Source of the DNA: Octopus vulgaris
Taxonomy: Eukaryota
Assembly (NCBI GenBank): GCA_951406725.2
Contig: OX597825.1
Location: forward strand, 29,512,001-29,576,000
Reading direction: 5' to 3'
DNA length: 64,000 bases
A program made the position numbers and the translations under genes. Below are positions 28,851-38,419 of this stretch, in pieces. The notes under the pieces are model-generated. The model was not told where the DNA came from and did not search any database. It was given only the letters and a program-made list of their open reading frames with translations. Positions within the stretch are counted from its first letter, which is position 1; each line of letters starts with the position of its first letter.

Positions 28851-30011
28851 TATTCACTTTTATGTCCTTGCTGCTGGAGTAAGTTGAGTGCTGAAGATAT
28901 GGAGGAGAAACAGATCCAGGACTGCTAGAAACAAGTAAAAAAAAAACATGCATTTTGAGTGCTACTTGGATTCTCTAATCAAGCATTTCTGCCAAATCAG
29001 AAACCAAAACTGCCCATCAAAGATTGGAATGTGCTGTCATCAAAGAATTCACAAATGAAGAGGAATGGTCATTATTGGATTCAATGGGCAGCAATAAGCA
29101 ATTAAGTGAGTGTATGCATATACATCTCAGACAAAACACTCTGTCCAGAACTCAAGTATTTATTTCATCTCATGTTGTTACACTAATTTAAAGCTCTTCT
29201 GATTTTTGATTTGATTTTAAATCCAACTTATGCAGATGCAAAATACCATTCTCTTGACTATTCTAGAGAAATTCCCCCATTTTTTTTTCATTTTTCACCT
29301 CAGCTGCTGCAGAGTTTCCTTAATTCATAGCACACTTCTCACTGTTATACAACATCATGCTTCTAACACCATTTCATTGGAATTTTCTTTGTACAGAGGA
29401 AATTCCTTTGTTGCTAAAAGTACTGACTAGTTCTTGCAATGAGTATTTTTCCTTTCTTTCTTTTGTAAAATACATAATTATCATCATCATCCTCATCATC
29501 ATCATCATCATCATCACAACCACCACCACCATCACCGTCGTCGTCACCATCGCCATCGTCACCATCATCATCATCATCATCATCATCATATAATATAATA
29601 ATAATAATAATAATAGTAATAATCATTTTAATATAAACCGTGAAAGTACCTAATTCTATTTAATATGAACATGTTTTTCCACCCCACCACACCCCCACAC
29701 TTTGTGTTTGCTCTGTTTCAATTGAAAATATCAAGAACATGTTGCAGCATTTATATCAGTTTGAGAAAACAAAAATACGAAAAAAAAGAGAAAAAATTAA
29801 GCAATAAACTAACAATTGCATCAGAGGAGGAGGAGGAGACATTACAGAATTTAGCGAAAAAAATTAAAAAAAACAACCTATATACACATTTCAATAAACA
29901 TATAAAAATAAAAATAATTATATATTTGTGTACACATAGGAATCTGCATATAATTCATATGTGCATAACATACATCTCTATGTATGTATACACATAAATA
30001 TATGAATATAC

Positions 30012-30061
<50 letters not shown>

Positions 30062-30223
30062 GGGTGTGTGATTGTGTATAGAAGAATATATTAATAAAAA
30101 GAATTCCAACCTTGTCTGATTTTCACGTTTTATTTACAATCTTATAATGATATATTATAAGATAATATATTATAATTGAATAAAATAAAATGAAATAGTA
30201 GAATGTTAAATATTCATTCTGAT

Positions 30224-30268
30224 TGAACTAGTACTTTCATGCATTGAATTCTGCAATCTTCGGGTTCA
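30224..30268 (-). ncRNA. Minimal type I hammerhead ribozyme in the left-arm PLE 3' end
   Basis: Exact reverse complement of 35142-35186. Confidence 0.8.
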
Positions 30269-30762
30269 TGTAGTAGTGTTGACAGTCATGCTTCACAATT
30301 TTTGACTGTAGCAAGATGAGTGATTCTGTGCTATAAATACAGCTGGGTAGGCTCCAGAGTGCTAGGTTTTGCAAACTGTATTCTGACCAATCAGTGTGTA
30401 GTATCACTCAATTACTTAAGCTGATTGGTTGGTTGAGCTGATTGGTTTAGGCATCACGCTTTGTTGGACAGGTCAAGAGTCCTGTATCTTGACCCTGGCC
30501 GAAGCAGCAATTGTTGGGTTATTTTTAGAAATGTTGTAAATATCCTTTGTCAGAGATTTTTATATTTTTATATTTCAATTGTCATCATCATCATTGTCAG
30601 CACCTTAATTATTGTTGCTAGTGGTGATGGTGGTGGCAATAGAACTTTTAACCCTAAATAAGATAATTTTCCTGCTATCTTCGTCTTGATCACCTTTAGT
30701 ATTGTTGTTGTTGTTAGTGGTCATGGTCGTAGCAGTGGAAGTAATACCTCTAAGTATTATTA

Positions 30763-32302
30763 TTATTGCTTATTTAGCTTGGGTTCGAATTTATCAATAA
30801 AATTCTTTTCTCTGATTTTCCTCTCGATTTCACTTGGGCTGTGTAATTTGTAGAATGGAAATATTATATATATTTTCCGACCACATGTTGCTAGGTGGTT
30901 ACTCAAAGGTATCTGACGGACCTCTGGGTCTCTAATCTGTTGCCGGTGTACACGTGAGCGTTCTAATAGTGCGTTTCCCGTCTGACCTACATATATTTCT
31001 TCACAATTTGGGCATTTGATGCAGTAAATTAAATTTCTGCTTTTGCAGTTCATATTCGCGTTTGTGAATATTTTCCCGGTTTTTGTGTTTATATATTGAC
31101 CGGTATGTATGAATTGGCATGTGCCACATCGGCTATCATTGCATTTAGATACCGTGAATGTTTGGTCTTTGTTGCTGAGGTCAAATTTTGCCTTTGTTAG
31201 TAATGTTTTCAAGTTTTTAGGCTGTCTTTTACTAAGCACCATAGCTCGATCCTTGATTATGTCTTTTAATTCATTACTTTGGGCAATGATTGGTAGGTTT
31301 GCTTTGGCAATGTTGAAGATATTCTGGTGACATGGGTTGTGTGTCACTATGAATGGTATGACTTGTTCTTGTTTTCCTCTTCCTTGGGTTGTCCTAAGTT
31401 GTTGTATAGGTATTTTTATAGCCCGCTGTATGCCATTTTCTATAAGTAGAGATGGGTATTTTTGTTTGAGCAAAAATTCTCTTAGTTCTATTAGGCGTTT
31501 GTTCCTGATATTTGCATCTTCTACAATAGTACAAATTCTTCTGGCTAGGCAGTATGGGATGTTACGTTTTGTATGTGGTGGATGGCACGACTTAAAATTT
31601 AGGTATTGATGTGTGTCTGTGTGTTTATAGTATATATCTGTGGTGATGGTGGTGTCTTTTTTAATTACCATTATATCCAGGAATGGTAATTTGGTACTAC
31701 TCATCTCCTTTGTAAATTTGAGAGATGGGTGTAGGTTGTTCAGGAGGATATTGAACTCTTCCAGAGTATTTAGAGATTCTGTCCAGATTATGAAACAGTC
31801 GTCTAGGTATCTCTTCCATGCCTTTTCAATATACTTTCTAAATCCAGTGCCATAGTTTACCTCCACCTCTTGGTAGAGTTGTTCTTCTAAGTATCCCATT
31901 ACAGAGTTGGCGTAAACGGGAGCAAACCTCGTTCCCATCGCCGTGCCTCTAATTTGGATGTAATTCTTTCCATTGAAGAAGAATGTGTTATTTTCTAGAA
32001 TAAGTTTGACTGTGTCTAATATAAATGGCACTGTGAATCTGCTGGGAATCACTTCTCTATGTTTTTCTAACCAGTATTTAATCGCCTTTATTCCTAAATC
32101 GTGTGGAATATTGGTGTAGAGGCTTACCACATCAAAACTTAGTAAAACTGAATTTGTTTCTGTTGTTTTGGGAAGATGGGACAGGAAGTCGATGTCATCC
32201 CTGATGAAACTTGGTATGTAAGTACATAGTGGTTTCAAAACAATGTCAATAAAATTGCTTAGACGGTGTGTAGGGCATGCTGGACGGTGTGTAGGGCATG
32301 CT
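30763..32302 (-). CDS. PLE reverse transcriptase + GIY-YIG endonuclease, 5'-truncated (left arm)
   Basis: RT motifs SFDVVSLYTNIP, QIRGTAMGTRFAP.YAN, WKRYLDDCF and LPFLDI; PLE thumb YYKHTDTHQYLNFKSCHP; Cys linker CNDSRCGTC..MNC; GIY-YIG LIYCIKCPNCEEIYVGQT..ER..H. Homology begins at the duplicated ACPTHR junction; no native start. Confidence 0.93.
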
Positions 32303-33055
32303 ATTTCTCGGAGTTCTGGTGTCTTTACCGTAATTTGTAGCATATTTGTCGAGAAATAATTGTTTCCGCTGCCAAAACTTTCTTGATCTGCTTTCTTCTT
32401 TTGAGATATCTCTGATCCATAGTTCTCGCATTTTTTCTGCTATATTGCCGGTCGTTAGTTTGGATATTTCATCTCTGATTTGATCATCGATAGCTTCGTA
32501 TTTGGCTTTGTAGCGGGATTGTTTAGACAGGGTAATGGAGATGTCGGTCCTGAATTTTATCAAACTAAGGTCCCATCGAAGTTTAGTTTCTTCCTCTGGT
32601 TCTCCTGCAATTTCTTTAATTAGGTACTTCCAAGGAAGTATGGGTGCCGCTAAAGATATCCATTTCGAATGTATTTCAGCATATTTTTCGCATTTATATG
32701 CCTTCCAGAAGTTTTGTTTTCTTATGTTAAGGAGTTTTTTCCATGTCTTCTGTATCTCTTCTCTTTTTCGGTGTGCCTCTTTTTCCAGATTTCTTTCATT
32801 TATTTCTGACATCCAAGGAGGTTGTGGTAGGCTTTCTCTTGTAGATTTTATAATTGTTGGTATCATTTCAGCTAAATTCTTAATTTCAGAGTTTATGTGT
32901 TCATTTCCAAGTTTTCCGTCTGTAGACTGTTTTTCTATTTCCTTTAAAATAGAGGATTGTGTGTCAATCATCGTGATGAGTGTTGATAATTTCGATGAAA
33001 TTTCCATTAGAATTCTTTCGGATTCTGTTAATTTTGTTTGTTGCTTTCCAGGCAG
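32303..33055 (-). CDS. Stop-free ~250-codon helical/coiled-coil, Trp-rich ORF fragment of unknown family in the palindrome spacer
   Basis: Part of ORF 32246-33097(-). Non-repetitive, globular-looking sequence (TWKKLLNIRKQNFWKAY..KW..PILPWKYL..EEETKLR..YEAIDDQI..LW..EE..S..FWQRK). A-rich sense strand like the RT ORF. Both ends are truncated by junctions with RT sequence. Confidence 0.7.
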
Positions 33056-34647
33056 TAAAAGAACAAGAAAGTGAGTACATAAAATTATTACATCCAAAAG
33101 ACCTAAAACTTAGACCTATTATAGCTGGTCCAGCATGCCCTACATACCGTCTAAGCAATTTTATTGACATTGTTTTGAAACCACTATGTACTTACATACC
33201 AAGTTTCATCAGGGATGACATCGACTTCCTGTCCCATCTTCCCAAAACAACAGAAACAAATTCAGTTTTACTAAGTTTTGATGTGGTAAGCCTCTACACC
33301 AATATTCCACACGATTTAGGAATAAAGGCGATTAAATACTGGTTAGAAAAACATAGAGAAGTGATTCCCAGCAGATTCACAGTGCCATTTATATTAGACA
33401 CAGTCAAACTTATTCTAGAAAATAACACATTCTTCTTCAATGGAAAGAATTACATCCAAATTAGAGGCACGGCGATGGGAACGAGGTTTGCTCCCGTTTA
33501 CGCCAACTCTGTAATGGGATACTTAGAAGAACAACTCTACCAAGAGGTGGAGGTAAACTATGGCACTGGATTTAGAAAGTATATTGAAAAGGCATGGAAG
33601 AGATACCTAGACGACTGTTTCATAATCTGGACAGAATCTCTAAATACTCTGGAAGAGTTCAATATCCTCCTGAACAACCTACACCCATCTCTCAAATTTA
33701 CAAAGGAGATGAGTAGTACCAAATTACCATTCCTGGATATAATGGTAATTAAAGACACCACCATCACCACAGATATATACTATAAACACACAGACACACA
33801 TCAATACCTAAATTTTAAGTCGTGCCATCCACCACATACAAAACGTAACATCCCATACTGCCTAGCCAGAAGAATTTGTACTATTGTAGAAGATGCAAAT
33901 ATCAGGAACAAACGCCTAATAGAACTAAGAGAATTTTTGCTCAAACAAAAATACCCATCTCCACTTATAGAAAATGGCATACAGCGGGCTATAAAAATAC
34001 CTATACAACAACTTAGGACAACCCAAGGAAGAGGAAAACAAGAACAAGTCATACCATTCATAGTGACACACAACCCATGTCACCAGAATATCTTCAACAT
34101 TGCCAAAGCAAACCTACCAATCATTGCCCAAAGTAATGAATTAAAAGACATAATCAAGGATCGAGCTATGGTGCTTAGTAAAAGACAGCCTAAAAACTTG
34201 AAAACATTACTAACAAAGGCAAAATTTGACCTCAGCAACAAAGACCAAACATTCACGGTATCTAAATGCAATGATAGCCGATGTGGCACATGCCAATTCA
34301 TACATACCGGTCAATATATAAACACAAAAACCGGGAAAATATTCACAAACGCGAATATGAACTGCAAAAGCAGAAATTTAATTTACTGCATCAAATGCCC
34401 AAATTGTGAAGAAATATATGTAGGTCAGACGGGAAACGCACTATTAGAACGCTCACGTGTACACCGGCAACAGATTAGAGACCCAGAGGTCCGTCAGATA
34501 CCTTTGAGTAACCACCTAGCAACATGTGGTCGGAAAATATATATAATATTTCCATTCTACAAATTACACAGCCCAAGTGAAATCGAGAGGAAAATCAGAG
34601 AAAAGAATTTTATTGATAAATTCGAACCCAAGCTAAATAAGCAATAA
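33052..34647 (+). CDS. PLE reverse transcriptase + GIY-YIG endonuclease, 5'-truncated (right arm); Neptune/Naiad-like Cys linker
   Basis: AVKEQESEYIKLLHPKDLKLRPIIAGPACPT (RT motif 1-2 region) through YLDD and GIY-YIG to TAA, uninterrupted. Codons upstream of 33052 in ORF 32980 are antisense spacer sequence. Confidence 0.95.
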   Translation, partial: AVKEQESEYIKLLHPKDLKLRPIIAGPACPTYRLSNFIDIVLKPLCTYIPSFIRDDIDFLSHLPKTTETNSVLLSFDVVSLYTNIPHDLGIKAIKYWLEKHREVIPSRFTVPFILDTVKLILENNTFFFNGKNYIQIRGTAMGTRFAPVYANSVMGYLEEQLYQEVEVNYGTGFRKYIEKAWKRYLDDCFIIWTESLNTLEEFNILLNNLHPSLKFTKEMSSTKLPFLDIMVIKDTTITTDIYYKHTDTHQYLNFKSCHPPHTKRNIPYCLARRICTIVEDANIRNKRLIELREFLLKQKYPSPLIENGIQRAIKIPIQQLRTTQGRGKQEQVIPFIVTHNPCHQNIFNIAKANLPIIAQSNELKDIIKDRAMVLSKRQPKNLKTLLTKAKFDLSNKDQTFTVSKCNDSRCGTCQFIHTGQYINTKTGKIFTNANMNCKSRNLIYCIKCPNCEEIYVGQTGNALLERSRVHRQQIRDPEVRQIPLSNHLATCGRKIYIIFPFYKLHSPSEIERKIREKNFIDKFEPKLNKQ

Positions 34648-34964
34648 TAATAATACTTAGAGGTATTACTTCCACTGCTACGACCATGACCACTAACAAC
34701 AACAACAATACTAAAGGTGATCAAGACGAAGATAGCAGGAAAATTATCTTATTTAGGGTTAAAAGTTCTATTGCCACCACCATCACCACTAGCAACAATA
34801 ATTAAGGTGCTGACAATGATGATGATGACAATTGAAATATAAAAATATAAAAATCTCTGACAAAGGATATTTACAACATTTCTAAAAATAACCCAACAAT
34901 TGCTGCTTCGGCCAGGGTCAAGATACAGGACTCTTGACCTGTCCAACAAAGCGTGATGCCTAAA

Positions 34965-35078
34965 CCAATCAGCTCAACCAACCAATCAGCTTAAGTAATT
35001 GAGTGATACTACACACTGATTGGTCAGAATACAGTTTGCAAAACCTAGCACTCTGGAGCCTACCCAGCTGTATTTATA
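34965..35078 (+). promoter_or_regulatory. Putative promoter in the PLE 3' terminal region (pLTR): three CCAATCAG boxes and a TATA-like motif
   Basis: ccaatcag at 34965 and 34982, ctgattgg at 35016, tatttata at 35071 (tataaata on the other strand), ~65 bp before the hammerhead. Mirrored in the left arm. Confidence 0.5.
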
Positions 35079-35141
35079 GCACAGAATCACTCATCTTGCT
35101 ACAGTCAAAAATTGTGAAGCATGACTGTCAACACTACTACA

Positions 35142-35186
35142 TGAACCCGAAGATTGCAGAATTCAATGCATGAAAGTACTAGTTCA
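35142..35186 (+). ncRNA. Minimal type I hammerhead ribozyme in the right-arm PLE 3' end
   Basis: Stem I tgaac/gttca; core CCGAAGA (U4C); stem II t-TGCA-gaattcaa-TGCA-t; GAA; palindromic stem III AGTACT; predicted cleavage after A35181 (CUA). Confidence 0.8.
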
Positions 35187-35550
35187 ATCAGAATGAATAT
35201 TTAACATTCTACTATTTCATTTTATTTTATTCAATTATAATATATTATCTTATAATATATCATTATAAGATTGTAAATAAAACGTGAAAATCAGACAAGG
35301 TTGGAATTCTTTTTATTTATATATATATATATATGTATACACAAGGTCTGATCAATAAATATCCGGACTGTTCCTATAATAACGAAGGTAGAGCACGTTA
35401 TTATATATATATTTGTGTACATATAGGAATCTGTATTTTATTCATATGTGCATAACATACATTTCTATGTATGTATACACATAAATATATGAATATACAT
35501 ACATGCAAACATACATACATACATATATACATACATACATACATATATAC

Positions 35551-35584
<34 letters not shown>

Positions 35585-35768
35585 TGGCAATTTATTTTCC
35601 TCTGTCTTCCCTTCTCTGGATCTTTCCTTCTCCTATGTTTCCGACGAAGAGCTCTGCTCGAAATGTTAAACCCTCCTTCTTTCCTTCTTTCCTGAGCATT
35701 CAATAATACTATATTTGTTCCACGTCCTCGCGTTGTTGTGTTTTTTTGTGCTTTCTTGTTTGGATTAA

Positions 35769-35772
<4 letters not shown>
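35585..35772 (+). mobile_element. Short hammerhead-bearing PLE-terminus-like element in (TA)n
   Basis: HHR at 35637-35671: gttt | CCGACGA a GAGC tct GCTC | GAA AtGT T | aaac. (TA)n on both sides; related to 37049-37267. Confidence 0.7.
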
Positions 35773-35825
<53 letters not shown>

Positions 35826-35829
<4 letters not shown>

Positions 35830-36100
35830 AGGTCTGATCAATAAATATCCGGACTGTTCCTATAATAACGAAGGTAGAACACGTAGAATGAAGCTGCTGG
35901 ACACAAATTGATCTTAAACACTGTTGTGCATGCACATTAAGTTTTGATATTCTAGCTCACTTCTGCTGTTTACAGCACTACTTAGAAGGAAGGTGTGTAG
36001 CGTCTGATTGTCGCATTGACCATGACAGAAAAAGTTGTCATGGCGATACCTGCTCAGAGGCCTATGCAAAGTTGCAGAAGATGTATGGAGAGGAATGTAT
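35826..36100 (+). mobile_element. 5' part of a mariner of the 15766-16860 family (first ~60 bp also duplicated at 35340-35398)
   Basis: caaggtctgatcaataaatatccggactgtt..attctagctcacttctgctgtttacagc..gaccatgacagaaa..ggcctatgcaaagttgcagaa. Confidence 0.85.
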
Positions 36101-36232
36101 GAAAGAAAGAACATCTCACACCAACATACATGGAGATACTAAAGATGCTGAGGGAGAGACTACAGAAGCTAGCAAGATGTATGAAATACCATAAAGGCCA
36201 AATATACTACTCATCTGCATAATACTTACTAA

Positions 36233-36275
<43 letters not shown>

Positions 36276-36285
36276 TAATAATAAA

Positions 36286-36669
36286 TAGAAGAAGAAGATG
36301 GACATAGTCTTAATTGAGAAAGAAAACAAATTATGCTGTGTCATAGACGTAGCATGCCTGGCTGACAACAAGATATGTGATAAGGAAGAAAGAAAAGTCG
36401 AGAGATATGACAGGCTAGCTTGGGAAGTTAAGCAGTTATGGTCGATGAAAAAGGTAGCAGTAGTGCCAATAATTGTCGGAGCCCTGGGAACAGTAAGCAA
36501 AAATCTCAAGAAGTACAGGGAATAAATAGGAGCTGGAATAAGGGTGGAGCACTTGCAGAAAACAGCACTGCTTGGAACCGCTCCAAAAATAAGAGGTGTT
36601 ACCTTATTTCACTGGTAGTGAACAGCTGACACTGTAGTACATCTCCAGCATTAGAAGTTGTGCAAAGGC

Positions 36670-36670
<1 letters not shown>
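36286..36670 (+). mobile_element. 3' fragment of a restriction-like-endonuclease non-LTR retrotransposon (R4/Dong-like) in (TAA)n
   Basis: DIVLIEKENKLCCVIDVACLADNKICDKEERKVERYDRLAWEVKQLW..VVPIIVGALGTV..*IGAGIRVEHLQKTALLGT matches the (P)D..D..K..KY..L..VPIVVGALG RLE signature. Premature stop; (TAA)n on both sides. Confidence 0.85.
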
Positions 36671-36724
<54 letters not shown>

Positions 36725-37048
36725 CCTTTTCTTTCACTAAACCCTGCAATAACAGTTATGTTTAAAAATCAGAATCATGAAACTACAAAAGAAATTACTA
36801 ACAAGTAACACAAAACTCTTTTGAATCTTTTTAAAGATAGCAAATACAATGTTGAAAATAAACAAAATAAAATTTTCCTTTCTCATTCATGCATGTACAC
36901 ATGTGCTTGTATGTAACAAATATCAGTGTCTCTATAACCTATAAGCCTACATTTGATATGACTAAATATATACATAAATGCATATATATACGTCTCTGTA
37001 TATAATTTCTTTAGATGTGCATGGGTATATATATATATATATATATAT

Positions 37049-37267
37049 AAAGAGAAAGTTTACGAAATATATTTACGAAAATAAACAAAAGACAAAGGCA
37101 GGTGGTGTACAAATAAACAGATGTATTAGTATAGCGCTCAGGAATAGAAAAAGTCTTTTACGTTTCGAGCCTATGCTCTTCTACAGAAAGATACACAGAA
37201 AAAAAAACAAGGAGAGAAACAAAGAGAGAAAAAAAATGTGTGTAGTAGCTAACGATCTATCATGGTG
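37049..37267 (-). mobile_element. Short hammerhead-bearing PLE-terminus-like element in (TA)n
   Basis: HHR at 37154-37191(-): tcttt | CTGTAGA a GAGC atag GCTC | GAA ACGT A | aaaga (A6U variant). Confidence 0.7.
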
Positions 37268-37276
37268 ATATATATA

Positions 37277-37521
37277 CTTTATTTAAAAGCAGCAGAAATA
37301 TAACAAAAGCTGTTACTCAGAGTTTCATGTTCCCATTCATCGGACAGTTTTGTTAAAAAGAAAATAGAAAAAAACTGTCCGATGAACGGGAACGCGAAAC
37401 TCTGAGTAACAGCTTTTGTTATATTTCTACTGCTTTTAAATAAAGCATTTTACTCTACCTCTGGTATTTGAGTACTCTTTTTCCACCATGTTACATACAA
37501 ACACATTTATGTGCTTACTCT

Positions 37522-37522
<1 letters not shown>
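37277..37522. mobile_element. Miniature palindromic element with a hammerhead in each arm (arms 37277-37351 and 37371-37445, one-sided extension to ~37522)
   Basis: Right HHR 37375-37412(+): ctgt | CCGATGA a CG ggaa CG c | GAA ACTC t GAGT A | acag. Left HHR 37310-37347(-) has TG ggaa CA in stem II. Confidence 0.8.
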
Positions 37523-37571
<49 letters not shown>

Positions 37572-38419
37572 TACCTAGACCCATGTACATACATTCATAT
37601 ACCTATACAAACCAAAACCAAACATATCTCCCTCGGTACTATGAAGACACAGTGTCTCCTAATATCAAAGAAGCAATTTTTAAACCTAATTTTCTAGTGT
37701 CTTGGACAACATGCAGTAATGCAGTAAATCCCTAAAATTCTCCACAAATGCAAAGGTCTCAGAATCTCATTTATTCCTAATGATTTCATCATAATTACCT
37801 AACAAAACCTAGGATTAGAAACTAGACTTTTTCTTCATGGCCAGAAATGACTTCATTGATCAGTAACTGATTAACTGATTTTCCGATCACAGCTTCATCA
37901 CGATTGACAATAAAATAGTTCTACCATATCTGAGATGCTGCTGCTGCTGCTGCACACATGTAAATCACATTCAGAAACCATTCAGAGCAACACCCACTTC
38001 CTGGGCTTCTACTTGATCATGTGTATATTTATATATATATATATGAATAGATGTGTGTATTTTTCTATTGTTAACAATTAACAAGGAAAAAAATAGATAA
38101 ATAGTTACCAGGGTAACAAAAAAATCACATAAGAAAAGACGTAACTCCTTGCTTTTAAAGGTAGAAACTTCGGGTTTTTCCTAGTTCATAAGGTTTTATA
38201 ATATTTTCCTAGTTTATAAGGTTTTATTTAATATACATATAGGCATATACTTCTCACTTATTTAACTTTTCTTTAATGTATATCCTCCTCTTTCTATAGG
38301 TTACCTCTGACGTTATATCATGTAACGTTTTTTTCAAACAATATTATAGCGTTCAGTTAATCACTATACGTATCCATCATTTTCTGTTAAAATGACTTAT
38401 TGATGAGTTTCATTTCTTC

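Larger units (their letters stand above)
30093..35317. mobile_element. Palindromic (head-to-head) Penelope-like retroelement insertion: arms 30093-32285 and 33128-35317, spacer 32286-33127
   Basis: The arms are reverse complements (aataaaaagaattccaacc... / ...ggttggaattctttttatt). Both encode the same RT + GIY-YIG protein and share the 3' UTR and hammerhead. Inserted in (TA)n. Confidence 0.95.

Noticed and set aside
30461-30661. 66-aa ORF repeated at 34749-34949
   Set aside because: Antisense reading of the PLE 3' UTR; non-ATG start, low complexity.
31109-34301. Short ORFs antisense to the RT ORFs, and ORF 32535-33074(+)
   Set aside because: Shadows of the PLE and spacer ORFs, duplicated only because of the palindrome.
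35101-35128. Hairpin acagtca-aaaattgtgaagca-tgactgt as a possible SECIS (some Naiad PLEs encode selenoproteins)
   Set aside because: No UGAN/NGAN quartet at the base, and no in-frame TGA in the visible ORF (the Cys positions use Cys codons).
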